Assembly: GCA_002420005.1 (NCBI GenBank)
Contig: DIHE01000052.1
Span: 855 to 64,854 of the forward strand
Length of the DNA: 64,000 bases
Reading direction: 5' to 3'
Source: Holophagales bacterium UBA5704
GTDB taxonomy: Bacteria; Acidobacteriota; Thermoanaerobaculia; Multivoradales; UBA5704
The position numbers and the translations under genes were made by a program. Numbering within the stretch: the stretch's first letter is position 1; each line of letters opens with the position of its first letter. Below, in pieces: positions 25,086-37,200 of the stretch. The notes under the pieces were generated by a model that saw only the letters and a program-made list of their open reading frames with translations, was not told the origin of the DNA and searched no databases.

Positions 25086-27959
25086 ATGACCAGCGGCCCG
25101 ACCGTCTTCATCAGCTACAGCCACAAGGACGAGTCCTGGAAGGACCAGTTCGTCACCCAGTTGCGCGTCCTGGAGCTGGAAGGCGCCTTCGTGCTCTGGG
25201 AAGACCGGCAGATCGCCGCGGGCGACGACTGGCGGGCCGAGATCGAGACCGGCCTGAGCGCCGCCCGGGCCGCCGTGCTGCTCATCTCGGCCGACTTCCT
25301 CACCTCGAAGTTCATCCGCGACACGGAAATCCCCCGCCTCCTCGAACGCCGGGCGGCAGAAGGGGTTCGGATCCTCCCGCTCATCGTGCGGCCCTGCCCC
25401 TGGCGGCGGGTTGAGTGGTTGGCGGCCATTCAATGCCGCCCGAAAGACGGCCGGGCTTTGACTGAGGGGGCTCCGGTGCAGATCGAGAAGGACCTCTCCG
25501 CCCTCGCCGAGGAGGTCGCAGACCTCCTGAAACTGCCTTCTCCCCTCTCCCGGGGAAGGGCTGGGCGGGAGATGGGAGAGGGGCCGGGGGTGAGGACTCC
25601 CGCGCCACAGACTCCCGTTCACCTCGACCTCAACCGCCTCCCCGTCCCCGGCCCCCACTTCGTCGGCCGCGACCGCGAGCTCGCCCGCCTCGACGCCGCC
25701 TGGGAGGACCCGCGCACGCACGTCCTCACCCTCGTCGCCTTCGGAGGCGTCGGCAAGTCCGCCCTGGTGGCCCGCTGGCTGGACCGGATGTCCGCGGAGG
25801 GCTGGCGCGGCGCCACGCGGGTGCTCGACTGGTCGTTCTACAGCCAGGGCTCCGAGGACCGCACCACCTCCGCCGAGCCGTTCATCGCTCACGCCCTGCG
25901 CTTCTTCGGAGATCCCGATCCCAAGGCCGGCTCGCTGCACGACCGCGGCGCCCGGCTCGCCGGGCTGATCCGGAAGGAACGGAGCCTTCTGATCCTCGAC
26001 GGCATCGAGCCGCTGCAATACCCGCCGGGGCGGCCGGAGGTCGCGGGGCGGCTCAAGGACCCCGGTCTCGCCGCGCTCTTGAAGGGGCTCGCCGCGGGCA
26101 ATCCGGGTCTCTGCGTGGTCACCACCCGCGAACGCATCGCCGACCTCGCCGGCTCGCCGACCACGGCGCCCCAGATCTCCCTGGAGGAGTTGGAGGTCGG
26201 CGCGGCGGTGGCGCTGCTTCGCCAGCTTGGGGTGGACGGTCGAGAGAAGGAGATGACCGTGGCGGCGGAGGAGTTTCAGCGGCACGCCCTCACCCTGACG
26301 CTCCTCGGCAACTTTCTGCGCCGCGCGCATGGTGGTGACGTGCGCAAGCGTCGGGAGATCGACCTGCATCGGGCGGACGAGACCCAGGGAGGCCACGCCT
26401 TCCGGGTGATCGCCGCCTATGCGCGCTGGTTGGGGGAGGGGCCGGAGCTGGCGATCCTCCGTCTTCTCGGTCTGTTCGACCGGCCCGCGGCGGCCGGGGC
26501 CTTGAAAGCCCTGCGCGCCGCGCCACCGATTCCGGGGCTCACGGAGCCGCTGGTGGGTCTGGCAGACGAAGACTGGCGGCTCGCCGTGGCCACGCTGCGG
26601 GAGCACAGCCTGCTGGCGGAGGCGGATGGTGGGGAGGCAGGGGCCCTCGACGCCCACCCGCTGGTGCGCGCCTGCTTCGCGGAAGATCTCGAAAGCCAGC
26701 GCCCCGCCGCCTGGCAGGAAGGCAACCGTCGGCTCTACGAACACCTGTGCCAAGCGGCGCCGGACCTCCCCGACACTCTGGAAGAGATGCAACCCCTCTA
26801 CGCCGCCATCGTCCACGGTTGCCGGGCGGGGCGGCAGCAGAAGGCGCTGGACGAGGTCTACCAGCGGCGGATTCTGCGGGGGAACGAGCACTTCAGTTGG
26901 AAGAAGCTCGGGGCCTTCGGCTCGGAGCTGACGGCGCTGGCGGGCTTCTTCGATCGCCCCTGGTCCCAGCCCTCCGCCCGCCTCACCGTGGCGGATCAGG
27001 CGTTCGCTTTGAGCGTGGCCGCCTTCCACCTGCGCGCCCTGGGCCGGCTGGCGGAGGCGGTCGAGCCGATGCAGGCGAGCCTGGAGATGGACATCGAGCG
27101 CAAGGAGTGGGAAGGTGCCGCGATCAGCGCCAGCAACCTCAGCGAGCTGACCCTGACCCTGGGGGAGGTGGCGCGCGCTGTGGCGTTCGGCGAGCAGAGC
27201 GTCGAGCTGGCCGACCGCAGCGGCGATGCCGACGAGCGGATGGTCAACCGGACGACGTGGGCCGGCGCCCTGCACCAAGCGGGCCGGTGGGAGGAGAGCG
27301 CGGCGGCCTTCCGCGAGGCCGAGGCGATGCAGGCAGAGATACAGCCGGAGTACCCCCGGCTGTACTCGCTCCAGGGTTTTCTGTACTGCGATCTGCTGCT
27401 GGGCCGTGCGGAGGCGGAGTCGGCGGAGCGGTTCCGGCAGGCCTGCCGGGAGGTGGTGGAGCGGGCGAAATACGCACTGGAGGACGGGGAAGATAAGCAC
27501 TTTCTCCTAGACTTTGCCCTCGACCACCTCAGCCTGGGCCGCGCTCACCTCGGCCTGGCCGTGACGGCCGCCGAGCCGGCGGCTCCCGGGGAGGACCGCA
27601 CCGTCGTACTTGCCCAAGCCGCCGAGCACCTGGAACGGGCGGTGGCCGGCCTGCGGCGGGCCGGCCAGGAGATCCTTCTCCCTGCCGGCCTCCTGGCCCG
27701 CGCGGGCCTGCGGCGGGTTCGGTTCGACTTCGCGGGTGCCGCGGCGGACTTGACCGAGGCGTTGGAGATTGCGGAGCGCGGGGGGATGCGGCTTCATGAG
27801 TGCGATGTGCACCTGGAGTGGGCTCGGTTGTGCCGGGAGCGTGGGGAGGTGGAGGCGATGCGGGGGCATGTGGCGCGGGCGGGGGAGCTGGTGGCGGCGA
27901 CGGGGTATGGGCGGCGGGAGGGGGAGGTGGAAGCCTGGGGTCCCCACCCCAGGCTTTAA
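25086..27959 (+). CDS. TIR - NB-ARC (STAND ATPase) - TPR protein (bacterial NLR-like)
   Basis: TIR domain: VFISYSHKDESWKDQF...AAVLLISADFLTSKFIRDTEIPRL. STAND region: VGRDRELARLD then Walker A VAFGGVGKSALVARWL and Walker B SLLILDGIE. The C-terminal roughly 350 aa are TPR-like helical repeats. The last codons lie inside a hairpin repeat. Confidence 0.85.
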   Translation: MTSGPTVFISYSHKDESWKDQFVTQLRVLELEGAFVLWEDRQIAAGDDWRAEIETGLSAARAAVLLISADFLTSKFIRDTEIPRLLERRAAEGVRILPLIVRPCPWRRVEWLAAIQCRPKDGRALTEGAPVQIEKDLSALAEEVADLLKLPSPLSRGRAGREMGEGPGVRTPAPQTPVHLDLNRLPVPGPHFVGRDRELARLDAAWEDPRTHVLTLVAFGGVGKSALVARWLDRMSAEGWRGATRVLDWSFYSQGSEDRTTSAEPFIAHALRFFGDPDPKAGSLHDRGARLAGLIRKERSLLILDGIEPLQYPPGRPEVAGRLKDPGLAALLKGLAAGNPGLCVVTTRERIADLAGSPTTAPQISLEELEVGAAVALLRQLGVDGREKEMTVAAEEFQRHALTLTLLGNFLRRAHGGDVRKRREIDLHRADETQGGHAFRVIAAYARWLGEGPELAILRLLGLFDRPAAAGALKALRAAPPIPGLTEPLVGLADEDWRLAVATLREHSLLAEADGGEAGALDAHPLVRACFAEDLESQRPAAWQEGNRRLYEHLCQAAPDLPDTLEEMQPLYAAIVHGCRAGRQQKALDEVYQRRILRGNEHFSWKKLGAFGSELTALAGFFDRPWSQPSARLTVADQAFALSVAAFHLRALGRLAEAVEPMQASLEMDIERKEWEGAAISASNLSELTLTLGEVARAVAFGEQSVELADRSGDADERMVNRTTWAGALHQAGRWEESAAAFREAEAMQAEIQPEYPRLYSLQGFLYCDLLLGRAEAESAERFRQACREVVERAKYALEDGEDKHFLLDFALDHLSLGRAHLGLAVTAAEPAAPGEDRTVVLAQAAEHLERAVAGLRRAGQEILLPAGLLARAGLRRVRFDFAGAAADLTEALEIAERGGMRLHECDVHLEWARLCRERGEVEAMRGHVARAGELVAATGYGRREGEVEAWGPHPRL
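25535..25595. repeat. G/C-rich hairpin element, copy a (in frame, in the TIR / NB-ARC linker)
   Basis: cccctctccc (25542-25551) pairs with gggagagggg (25574-25583), followed by the ccgggggtgagg tail. Translated in frame as LPSPLSRGRAGREMGEGPGVRT. Confidence 0.7.
27931..27957. repeat. Hairpin repeat (left copy) aagcctggggtccccaccccaggcttt
   Basis: Stem gcctggggt/accccaggc. An inverted counterpart lies at 28078-28103. It overlaps the last codons and stop of the TIR-STAND gene. Confidence 0.7.
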
Positions 27960-28077
27960 CATGCCGTCCCTTCGGGACTCGCCCCCTCGCGAGGCGGACC
28001 CGTTTCGGCGATGGCGGCCTGGCGCGATACGGCACCGGGGCCGTGGGGGCCAGCCCCCGAAGGGGCCGGTATTTTAG

Positions 28078-28103
28078 AGCCTGGGGTGGGGACCCCAGGC
28101 TTT
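28078..28103. repeat. Hairpin repeat (right copy, loop reverse-complemented) agcctggggtggggaccccaggcttt
   Basis: This is the reverse complement of the 27931-27955 copy. Together they bracket about 120 bp of structured GC-rich intergenic DNA upstream of the PKS-NRPS gene. Confidence 0.7.
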
Positions 28104-28206
28104 CTTGTAGGGGCTCTCCCGGGCGGCCTGCGGTACCATTCCCTTCCTTTCGCCCGGCTGCCCCTTTTGAGAGGCCGCCCGGCACTTCGACGTTAGAAGG
28201 TGTGCC

Positions 28207-31200
28207 ATGTGTGCCGTGTTGTCCTCCGATCCGTCCCTCTCCGACCCGTCCACGGAGCCCTCCTCTCCCGATGGCATCGCCATCGTGGGGATGGCGGGGC
28301 GTTTTCCGGGGGCTTCCGATGTCGAAGCGTTCTGGCGCAATCTGCGCGCGGGCGTTGAATCCATCTCCGTGTTGAGCCGCGAGGAGCTGGCCGCGGCGGG
28401 GATCGAGCCGGCGTTGCTCGACGATCCGCGGCTGATTCCGGCCGGTGGCGTGCTCGACGGGATCGAGCTGTTCGATGCCTCGTTCTTCGGCTTCGCCGCG
28501 CGCGAGGCGGAGGCGATGGACCCGCAGATCCGGCAATTTCTCGAAGTCTCGTGGGAGGCGTTCGAGAACGCGGGGTATGACACCGAGAGCTTCAGCGGCT
28601 CGGTCGGCATCTTCGGCGGCATGGGATCGAGCGGCTATCTGCTGCGCCATCTGCTGGCGCATCCGGAGGTCCTCGCCGCCCTGGGGCCTCTCCAGGCGCG
28701 GATTCTGACCGACAAGGACTTCCTCGTCTCCCTCGCGGCGTTCAAGATGAACCTGACGGGGCCGAGCCTCAACGTGCAGACGGCGTGCTCGACGTCCCTG
28801 GTGGCCACGGTGCTGGCGTGCCAGAGCCTGGTGACCTACCAGTGCGACGTGGCGCTCGCCGGGGGCTCGACGATCCTGCTGCCGCAGGCCGGGTATCTGC
28901 CGCAGGAGGGCGTGTCGTCGCCGGACGGCCGGTGCCGGGCGTTCGATGCGAGCTCCCAGGGGACGGTCGGTGGCAGCGGCGCCGGGGTGGTGGTGCTCAA
29001 GCGGCTGGCGGATGCGCTCGCCGAGGGGGATACGATCCACGCCGTCCTCAAGGGCTTCGCCACCAACAACGACGGCTCGTTCAAGATGGGTTTCACCGCG
29101 CCGGGGATCGAAGGCCAGATCCAGGTGGTGGCGATGGCCCAGGCCGTGGCGGGCATCCGCGGCGACACGATCACCTATGTGGAGGCGCATGGCACCGGCA
29201 CGCCGCTCGGCGATCCGATCGAGGTGGATGCGCTCACCGAGGTGTTCCGCTCCGCCACCGACCGCACCGGCTATTGCGCGCTCGGCTCGGTCAAGACGAA
29301 CGTCGGCCATCTGGACACCGCGGCGGGTGTCGCCAGCCTGATCAAGACGACGCTCGCGCTCGCACACCGCGAGATCCCGCCGAGCCTGGGCTTCGAGCGG
29401 CCGAATCCGCAGATCGACTTCGCGGCGAGCCCGTTCTTCGTCAACACCGCGCTGCGGCCGTGGACGACCGACGGCGTGCCGCGGCGCGCCGGGGTCAGCT
29501 CGTTCGCGATCGGCGGCGTGAATGCCCATGTGATCGTGGAGGAGGCGCCGCCGGTGCCGCCCGGCGATCCGGCGTCCGACCGCCAGCTCCTCCTCCTCTC
29601 CGCGAAGACGGAGACCGCGCTCGACGCCGCGACCGAGCGGCTGGCCCGCCATCTGCGCGAGCACCCGGAGGTGGACCTGGCCGACGTCGCCTACACCCTC
29701 CAGGTGGGCCGCCGCGCCTTCCGCCACCGCCGCGCCCTGGTCTGCCAAGGCCGGGAGGACGCCCTCGCCGCCCTGGAAGCCCGCGATCCGCGCCGGCTGC
29801 TGACAGGCACCGCGGACAGCCGCGACGCCCGCGTCGCCTTCCTCTTCCCCGGCCTCGGCAACCACCACGTAGGCATGGCGAGAGACCTCTACCGAGAAGA
29901 GCCCCGCTTCCGGGAGATCCTCGACGAATGCGCCGATCTCCTGACCCCTGAGCTGGGCCTCGACCTCCGGAAGACTCTCTTTCCTGAAGGTCTTTCCCCC
30001 CTCTCCCGCGGCGCTGGAGCGGGGGAGGGGGTGAACCTGCGAGCGTTGCTCGGCCGTGGCGCCGCGCAGGAGTCTCCCGCCGAGGCCGAGGCGGCGCGCC
30101 GGTTGCGGCGCACCGAGCTGGCGCAGCCGGCGGTGTTCGCGGTGGAGTACGCGCTCGCCCGGTTGCTCCAGGAGCTGGGGCTGCGGCCGGAGGCGCTGCT
30201 CGGCTTCAGCGTCGGCGAGTACGTGGCGGCGTGCCTCTCCGGCGTGTTCGCGCTGGGCGACGCGATGCGCCTGGTGGCGCGGCGGGCCAAGATGATCGCC
30301 GAGCTGCCCACGGGGGCGATGCTCGCGGTGCCTCTCGCCGAGGTGGAGGCGGGGCGCCTGGCGGGGATGGAGCTGTCGATCGCGGCGTTGCTCGGGCCGG
30401 AGCTGACCGTGGTGGCCGGGCCGGAGCCGGCGGTGGCGGCGCTCGAAGCGCGGCTGGCGGGGGAGGGGCTCCAGGTGCGCCGCCTGGAGACCGAGCATGC
30501 GTTCCACTCGCGGATGATGGACCCCATCGCCGGCCGGTTCCGCGAGCTGTTCCGCGGCGTGCGCATGCAGGCGCCGGAGATCCCGTTCGTCTCGAACGTC
30601 ACCGGCACCTGGATCACCGCGGAGCAGGCGACCGATCCCGGCTACTGGGCGGAGCACCTGCGCAAGGCGGTGCGCTTCGCGGACGGCGTCGCGCTGCTGT
30701 GGGGCGAGCCGGGGCGGGCGCTGGTCGAGGCCGGGCCGGGGCAGACGCTCACCTCGTGGGCGTTGCAGCACCCGGCCGCCGACGGCGCGCGCGACGGCGT
30801 GGCGGTCGCCACCATGCGCCACGGGCTCGACCGCCAGGACGATCAGGCCTTCCTGCTCACCGCCCTCGCCCGCCTGTGGCTCGCCGGGGTGCGGATGGAC
30901 TGGCCCGCGTTCCACGCCGGAGCGCGCCGCCTGCGCGTGCCGCTGCCCACCTATCCCTTCGAGCGCAAGCGGTATTGGCTGGCGCCCGGCGCGCCGCTGA
31001 TGTTCTCCGCGGCGCCGCCGGCGGTGGCGATCGCCGAAAAGGAGGAGGTTCGCGAGCGCGCTGCCGGGGGCTTGGGGGGACGGGTACGCCCGGAGCTTCC
31101 GGTGCCGTTCGCCGCGCCGCGCGACGAGGTGGAGCGCTTGGTGGCCCTGGTGTGGAAGGACCTGCTGGGGATCGACCGGATCGGCGTCTGGGACGGCTTC

Positions 31201-34200
31201 TTCGACCTGGGCGGCGACTCGATCCTCGCCACCAAGCTGGTGACCCGCCTGAACGAGGCGTTCGCGGCCGGCTTCTCGCTGCGCCTGGTGTTCGAGAAGC
31301 CGACCGTGGCGGACATGGCGGCCGTCATCCACGCGCAGCGCGCCGAAGGGGGCCGGATCGAGGAGGAGCGCATCCCGCGCATCCCGCGCGATGGGGGACC
31401 TTTGCCGGTCTCCTTCGCGCAGCGGCGGCTGTGGTTTCTGGATCAGCTCGCGCCGGGCGATCCGTTCTACAACGTGCCGGCGGCGGCGGAGCTGTCGGGA
31501 CCGGTCGATGCGGGCGTGCTCGGGCGGTGTTTTCTGGAGATCGTCCGCCGCCATGAGACGCTGCGCACGCGCCTGGCGAGCGTGGACGGCGAGCCGTTCC
31601 AGGTGGTGGAGGCGCCGCCGGCTTCCTGGACGGTGCCGCTGGTCGATCTGCGCGGCTTGCCGGCCGACCGCCGCGAGCCGGAGACCCGCACGCTCGCGGC
31701 GGCGGAGGCGCGGCGGCCGTTCGATCTCGCCGTGGCGCCGCTTCTGCGTACGCTCCTGGTGCGGCTGGAGGAGCAGCGCCACGCGATCTGCGTGACGATG
31801 CACCACACGGTCTCGGATGGCTGGTCGAACGTCGTCTTTCTGACCGAGATGGCGGCGCTGCACCAGGCGTTGCGGGACGGCCGGGAGCCGATCCTGCCGG
31901 AGCTGCCGATCCAATATGCCGACTTTGCAGCCTGGCAGCTCGCGCAGTTCGAAGGCGGCGTGCTGGCCGAGCAGCTCGCCTGGTGGACGGAGCAGCTCAC
32001 CGGCCTGCCGCCCGGCCTCGACCTGCCCACCGACCGGCCGCGCCCGCCGGTACAGACGTTCGGCGGCGCGCGGATTCCCCTGGTGGTCGAGCCCGCGGTG
32101 GCCGAGGGCCTGCGCCGCCGCGCCCGCGAGGAGGGCGCGACGCTCTACATGCTGCTCCTCGCCGCGATGGACGTGCTGCTCTACCGCCACACCGGCCAGA
32201 CCTCGTTCGCCGTCGGCACGGCGGTGGCGAACCGCAACCGGCGGGAGACGGAGAACCTGATCGGCTTCTTCACCAACACCCTCGTGCTGCGCGCCGCGAT
32301 GGACCCGGAGGAGAGCTTCCGTGCCCTGCTGCGGCGCACCCGCGACGTGGCGCGCCAGGCGTTCCAGCACCAGGACCTGCCGTTCGAGAAGATCGTCGAG
32401 GAGCTGCAGCCGGAGCGCGATCTCTCCCGCTCGCCGTTCTTCCAGGTGATGATGGTCGAGACCCTGGTCGAGAACCGCATGCTCGACGACATGGGCATCC
32501 GCCAGCTGGAGGTCGATCCCGGCGTGGCGCGGTTCGACTTCCTGTTCGACATGAGCGACCAGGGCCGGGAGCTGACCGGCGTCCTGGAATACAACTCCGA
32601 TCTCTTCGACGCCACCAGCGCCGACCGCATCGTCGGCCGCTGGCTCACCCTGCTCGCCGCGATCGCCGAGGACGGCGAGGCGCGGGTGGGGGAGATACGG
32701 TTGCTGGGGGCGGAGGAGTGGGCCGTGGTGGCGGCGGGACCCTCACCCCCCTGCCCCCTCTCCCACCCGTGCTCGCTCCCTCCCGGGAGAGGGGGAGAGC
32801 TGGCAGAAGCAACAGCGCTGGTCGGCTTGGATGGCGTGGAGACCACCTATGCGGAGCTGCGGGCGCGCAGCAACCGGCTGGCCGCGTGGCTGCGGCGCCA
32901 GGGGGTGGGGCCGGACGTGTTGGTGGCCTTTACACTGGAGCGGTCGGTGGAGCTGCTCGTCGTTTTCCAGGCGATCCTCACGGCGGGCGGGGCGTACGTG
33001 CCGGTCGATCCCGAGCTCCCGGAGGAGCGGCGGGCGTTGATCCTGGAGGACTCGGGCGCGCGGATCGTCCTCACCCGGCCGGTTCTGGAAGCGCTCGACC
33101 TGTCCTCGGAAAGCGCGGAGGACCTGCCGCCTCTCGCCGGGCCGGAGAACCTGGCCTATCTGCTGTACACCTCCGGCTCCACCGGGCGGCCGAAGGGCGT
33201 CGCGATGACCCGCGGTGCCCTGGACAACCTGATCGCCTGGCAGCTGGCGTCCTTGCCGGGTGCCTGGCGGACGCTGCAATTCACCGCCTTGAGCTTCGAC
33301 GTCTCGTACCAGGAGATCGTCTCCACCTGGGCCGCGGGAGGAACGCTCGTCCTCATCGGCGAGGAGGACCGGCGCGATCCGGCGGCGCTCTTGGCGGTGC
33401 TCCGTGCGCAGCGGGTGGAGCGGTTGTTTCTGCCGTTCGTGGCCTTGCAGCAGATCGCCGAAGCGGCGCGGGAGGAGGAGCTGCCGGAGAGCCTGCGCGA
33501 GGTGATCACGGCGGGCGAGCAGCTGCGCATCACCCCGGCCCTGGCCGCGATGTTCCGCCGCCTGCCCGGAGCCCGGCTGCACAACCAGTACGGGCCGACC
33601 GAGACGCACGTCGTCACCTCCTCGACGCTCGCGGGCGATCCCGCGCTCTGGCCGGCGCTGCCGCCGATCGGCCGGGCGTTCCCCGGTACGTGGGGGGTGG
33701 TGCTCGACCCGCACGGCGGGCCGGCCCCCCTGGGCGTCCCCGGCGAGCTGATGCTCGGCGGCGTCTGCCTCGCCCGCGGCTACCTCGGCCGCCCCGACCT
33801 CACCGCGGAGCGCTTCATCCCCGATCCGCTGGGTGATCCGTCCGATCCGTCCAATCCGTCCGATTCCCCGGGCGGGGGCCACCGCCTCTACCGCACCGGC
33901 GACCGCGCCCGCCTGCAACCGCGCGCCGGCGGCCCGCCCGAGCTGGAGTTCCTCGGCCGGCTGGACGACCAGGTGAAGATCCGCGGCTACCGCGTCGAGC
34001 CCGGCGAGGTGGAGGCGGTGCTCGCCGGCCATCCGGGGGTGGCGGCGGCGGCGGTGGCGGTGCGCGAGTCCGCGGCGGGTCTGCGGCTGGTGGCCTGGGT
34101 GGTGGCGGAGAAGGGGGCACCGGCGGATCTGCGGGCCTTCCTCGCCGCGCGCCTGCCGGATCACGCGGTGCCGTCGTCGATCACCGTGCTCGACGCCTTC

Positions 34201-37200
34201 CCGTTGACCTCCAGCGGCAAGGTGGACCGCCGGGCGCTGCCGGCCCCGGCCCTGGAGACCGGCGGCGGCCAGCTCGTCGCGCCGCGCACGGAGACCGAGG
34301 CGGTCCTGGCCGGCATCTGGCGCGAGGTGCTGGAGATCCCGCGCCTCGGCGTCACCGACGACTTCTTCGCCCTGGGCGGCCATTCGCTCCTCGCCACCCG
34401 TATCACCTCGCGGGTGCGGGCGGCGTTCGGCGTCGCCCTGCCGGTGCGCACGCTGTTCGAGGCGCCCACGGTGGCGCGGCTCGCGGCGCGCATCGACGAG
34501 GCGGCGGCCGGCGCTCCGGCACCGGAGGCACCGCCGCTCCTGCCGGTCCCGCGCGGCGGCGACTTCCCGCTGTCCTATGCGCAGCGGCGCCTCTGGTTCC
34601 TGCACACGCTGGACCCGGACACCGCGGCGTACCACATGACCGGCGCGTTCCGCCTGAGCGGCCCGCTCGCTCCGGCGGCTCTGGCCGGTGCGCTGCTCGC
34701 GATCGCCCGCCGGCATGAAGCCCTGCGCACCACCTTCCATCCCTCCGCCGGAGAGCCGGTGCAGCGGATCGCCGCCGCGGCGGCCCTGGCGCTGCCGCTG
34801 CTCGACCTGTCCGCCCTGCCGGAGGCGGTGCGCGACCGCGAGGCGCGGCGCATCGCCGAGAGCGAGGGGCGGCGGCCGTTCGACCTGGAGCAGGCGCCGC
34901 TCCTGCGCACCGCGCTGCTGCGCCTGGCGCCCGCGGAGCACCTGCTCACCACCACGCTCCACCACGCGGTGGGCGACGGCTGGTCCCTCGGCGTGCTGGC
35001 CGGCGAGCTGGCGGCGCTCTATCCGGCGGTCCTCGCCGGGGTGCCTCCCGCGCTGCCGGCGCTGCCGGTGCAGATGGTGGACTACGCGGTCTGGCAGCAG
35101 GGCTGGCTGCAAGGCGAGACGCTGCAGCGGCTGCTCCTGTGGTGGCGCGCGCACCTCGCCGGGGCCGAGGCGGCGCTGCGCCTGCCCACCGACCGGCCGC
35201 GGCCGGCGGGGCTGCTGCGCCACGCGCGCACCCTGCGCTTCCGGCTCCCCGGCGCGCTCGCCGAGGCGCTGGAGGCGCTCGGCCGGGAGCGCGGGACGAC
35301 CCTCTTCATGCTCCTCCTCGCCGGCTGGGAGGCCGTGCTGCACCGCTGGTCCGGGCAGGGCGATTTCACCGTCGGCTCGCCGATCGCCAACCGCCACCCG
35401 GCCGCGGTGGAGGGGGTGATTGGCTGCTTCGTGAACACCTTGGCGCTGCGCGCCCGGGTGGCGGGGGACGAGCCGTTCGGCGCCCTGCTGGCGCGGGTGC
35501 GCGACGAGACCCTGGGCGCCTACGACCACCAGGACCTGCCGTTCGAGGTGCTCGTCGAGGCGCTGCAGCCCGACCGCGAGCTGTCGCGCGCGCCGATCTT
35601 CCAGGTCCTCTTCGCCCTCCAGAACACGCCGATGCCGCGCTTCGAGCTGGCCGGCCTGGTGCTCGGCGCGGAGCCGGTCGATCTCGACACGCCGAAGCTC
35701 GACCTCTCGCTGATCCTGGAGCGCGGCGCGGAGGGCATCGACGCGGTGCTCGAATTCGCCGCCGACCTGTTCGACGAGGCGACGGTCGCCCGCCTGGCGC
35801 GCCACTGGGAGAACCTGCTCGGCGGTGCCGCCGCGGCGCCGGGGACGGCGGTGGGCCTGCTGCCGCTCCTCACCGCCGAGGAGCGGCGCGAGCTGCTGAT
35901 CGACAAGGTGCCGGCGCCGCTGCCGCTCGGTGGCCCCGCCCTGCTCCACGAGCGCTTCGCAGAGTGGGTGCGGCGGACGCCGGAGGCTCCCGCCCTGCGC
36001 GACGGCGACGCCGAGCTGACGTACCGCCAGCTCGCGGACAAGACGGATCGGCTCGCCGCCGCGCTGTGCGCCGCGGGCGTACGCCCCGGGGACCGCGTGG
36101 CCGTCGGCCTGCCGCGCAATGGCGCCGTGCCGGTGGCCGCCCTCGCCATCCTCAAGGCCGGCGCCGCCTGGCTGTATCTCGATCCCGCCTTGCCGCACGA
36201 CCGCATCGCCTTGATGGCCGCGGACGCCGGGGTCACCGCGCTCTGCACCGACGCGCCCGGCGAGGCCCTCCTGCGGCCGTTGATGCCCGCCGGGACCCCG
36301 GTGCTCGCCGTCGATCTGGAGCCCGTCGCGCCGGGAGAGCCGGTCGTGCTGCCGGGGCTCGATCTGCCGGGGACGGCGCTCGCCTACGTGATCTACACCT
36401 CGGGCTCCACCGGCCGGCCGAAAGGAGTCTGCGGCACCCACCATGGCGCGCTCAACCTGGCGGAGGCGCTGCAGCGCCACTCCCGCGTGCCGCCGGGCAC
36501 GGTGTGCAGCCAGTGGGCCAGTTACCTGTTCGACGCCTCGGTGCTGGAGCTGGCCGGCTGGTGGCTGGTCGGCGGCTGCCTCGACGTGGTGCCCGAGGCG
36601 GTGCGCACCGACGGCCCGGCGCTCGCCGCCTGGATGGAGCGGCGGCGGGTGGGCTGCGTCTTCCTGGCGCCCGCGATGCTGGTCGATTTCGCCGCCGGCT
36701 TCGAGCAGGCGGACGTGCCGCTCCTCCAGCTCACCTCCGGCGGCGAGGCGATGCTGACCGCGCCGCTCCAGTCCATCGCGCGGCGCCGGCCGCGGGCCTC
36801 GGTGTTCGACGTCTACGGCCCCACCGAGACCTCGATCGTGACCTCGTTCTGGCGCTATCCCATCGAGCGCGGCGAGGACCTCGCGGCCCACCAGCTCTAC
36901 GCGCCGATCGGCACGCCGTACGCCAACCAGCGGGTGTATCTGCTGAGCCCGCAGGGGGAGCCGGTGCCGGTGGGGGTGGCCGGCGAAGTCTGCTCCGGTG
37001 GCGGGTATCTCGCCCAGGGCTACCTGGCGCGGCCCGACCTGACCGCCGAGCGCTTTGTTCCCGACCCCTTTGGGCAGTTGCTGGATCCGACGGATCGGTC
37101 GGATCGGTCGGATCGGACGGATCAATCACTCCACGGTGGCCGCCTCTATCGCACGGGTGACCTCGCGCGGTGGCGGCCGGACGGCCTTCTGGAGTTCATC

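Noticed and set aside
27931-27957. Hairpin at the end of the TIR-STAND gene read as a simple rho-independent terminator
   Set aside because: It is followed by only three T residues, and an exact inverted copy lies 120 bp downstream, so I treated it as a repeat element. A terminator function is not excluded.
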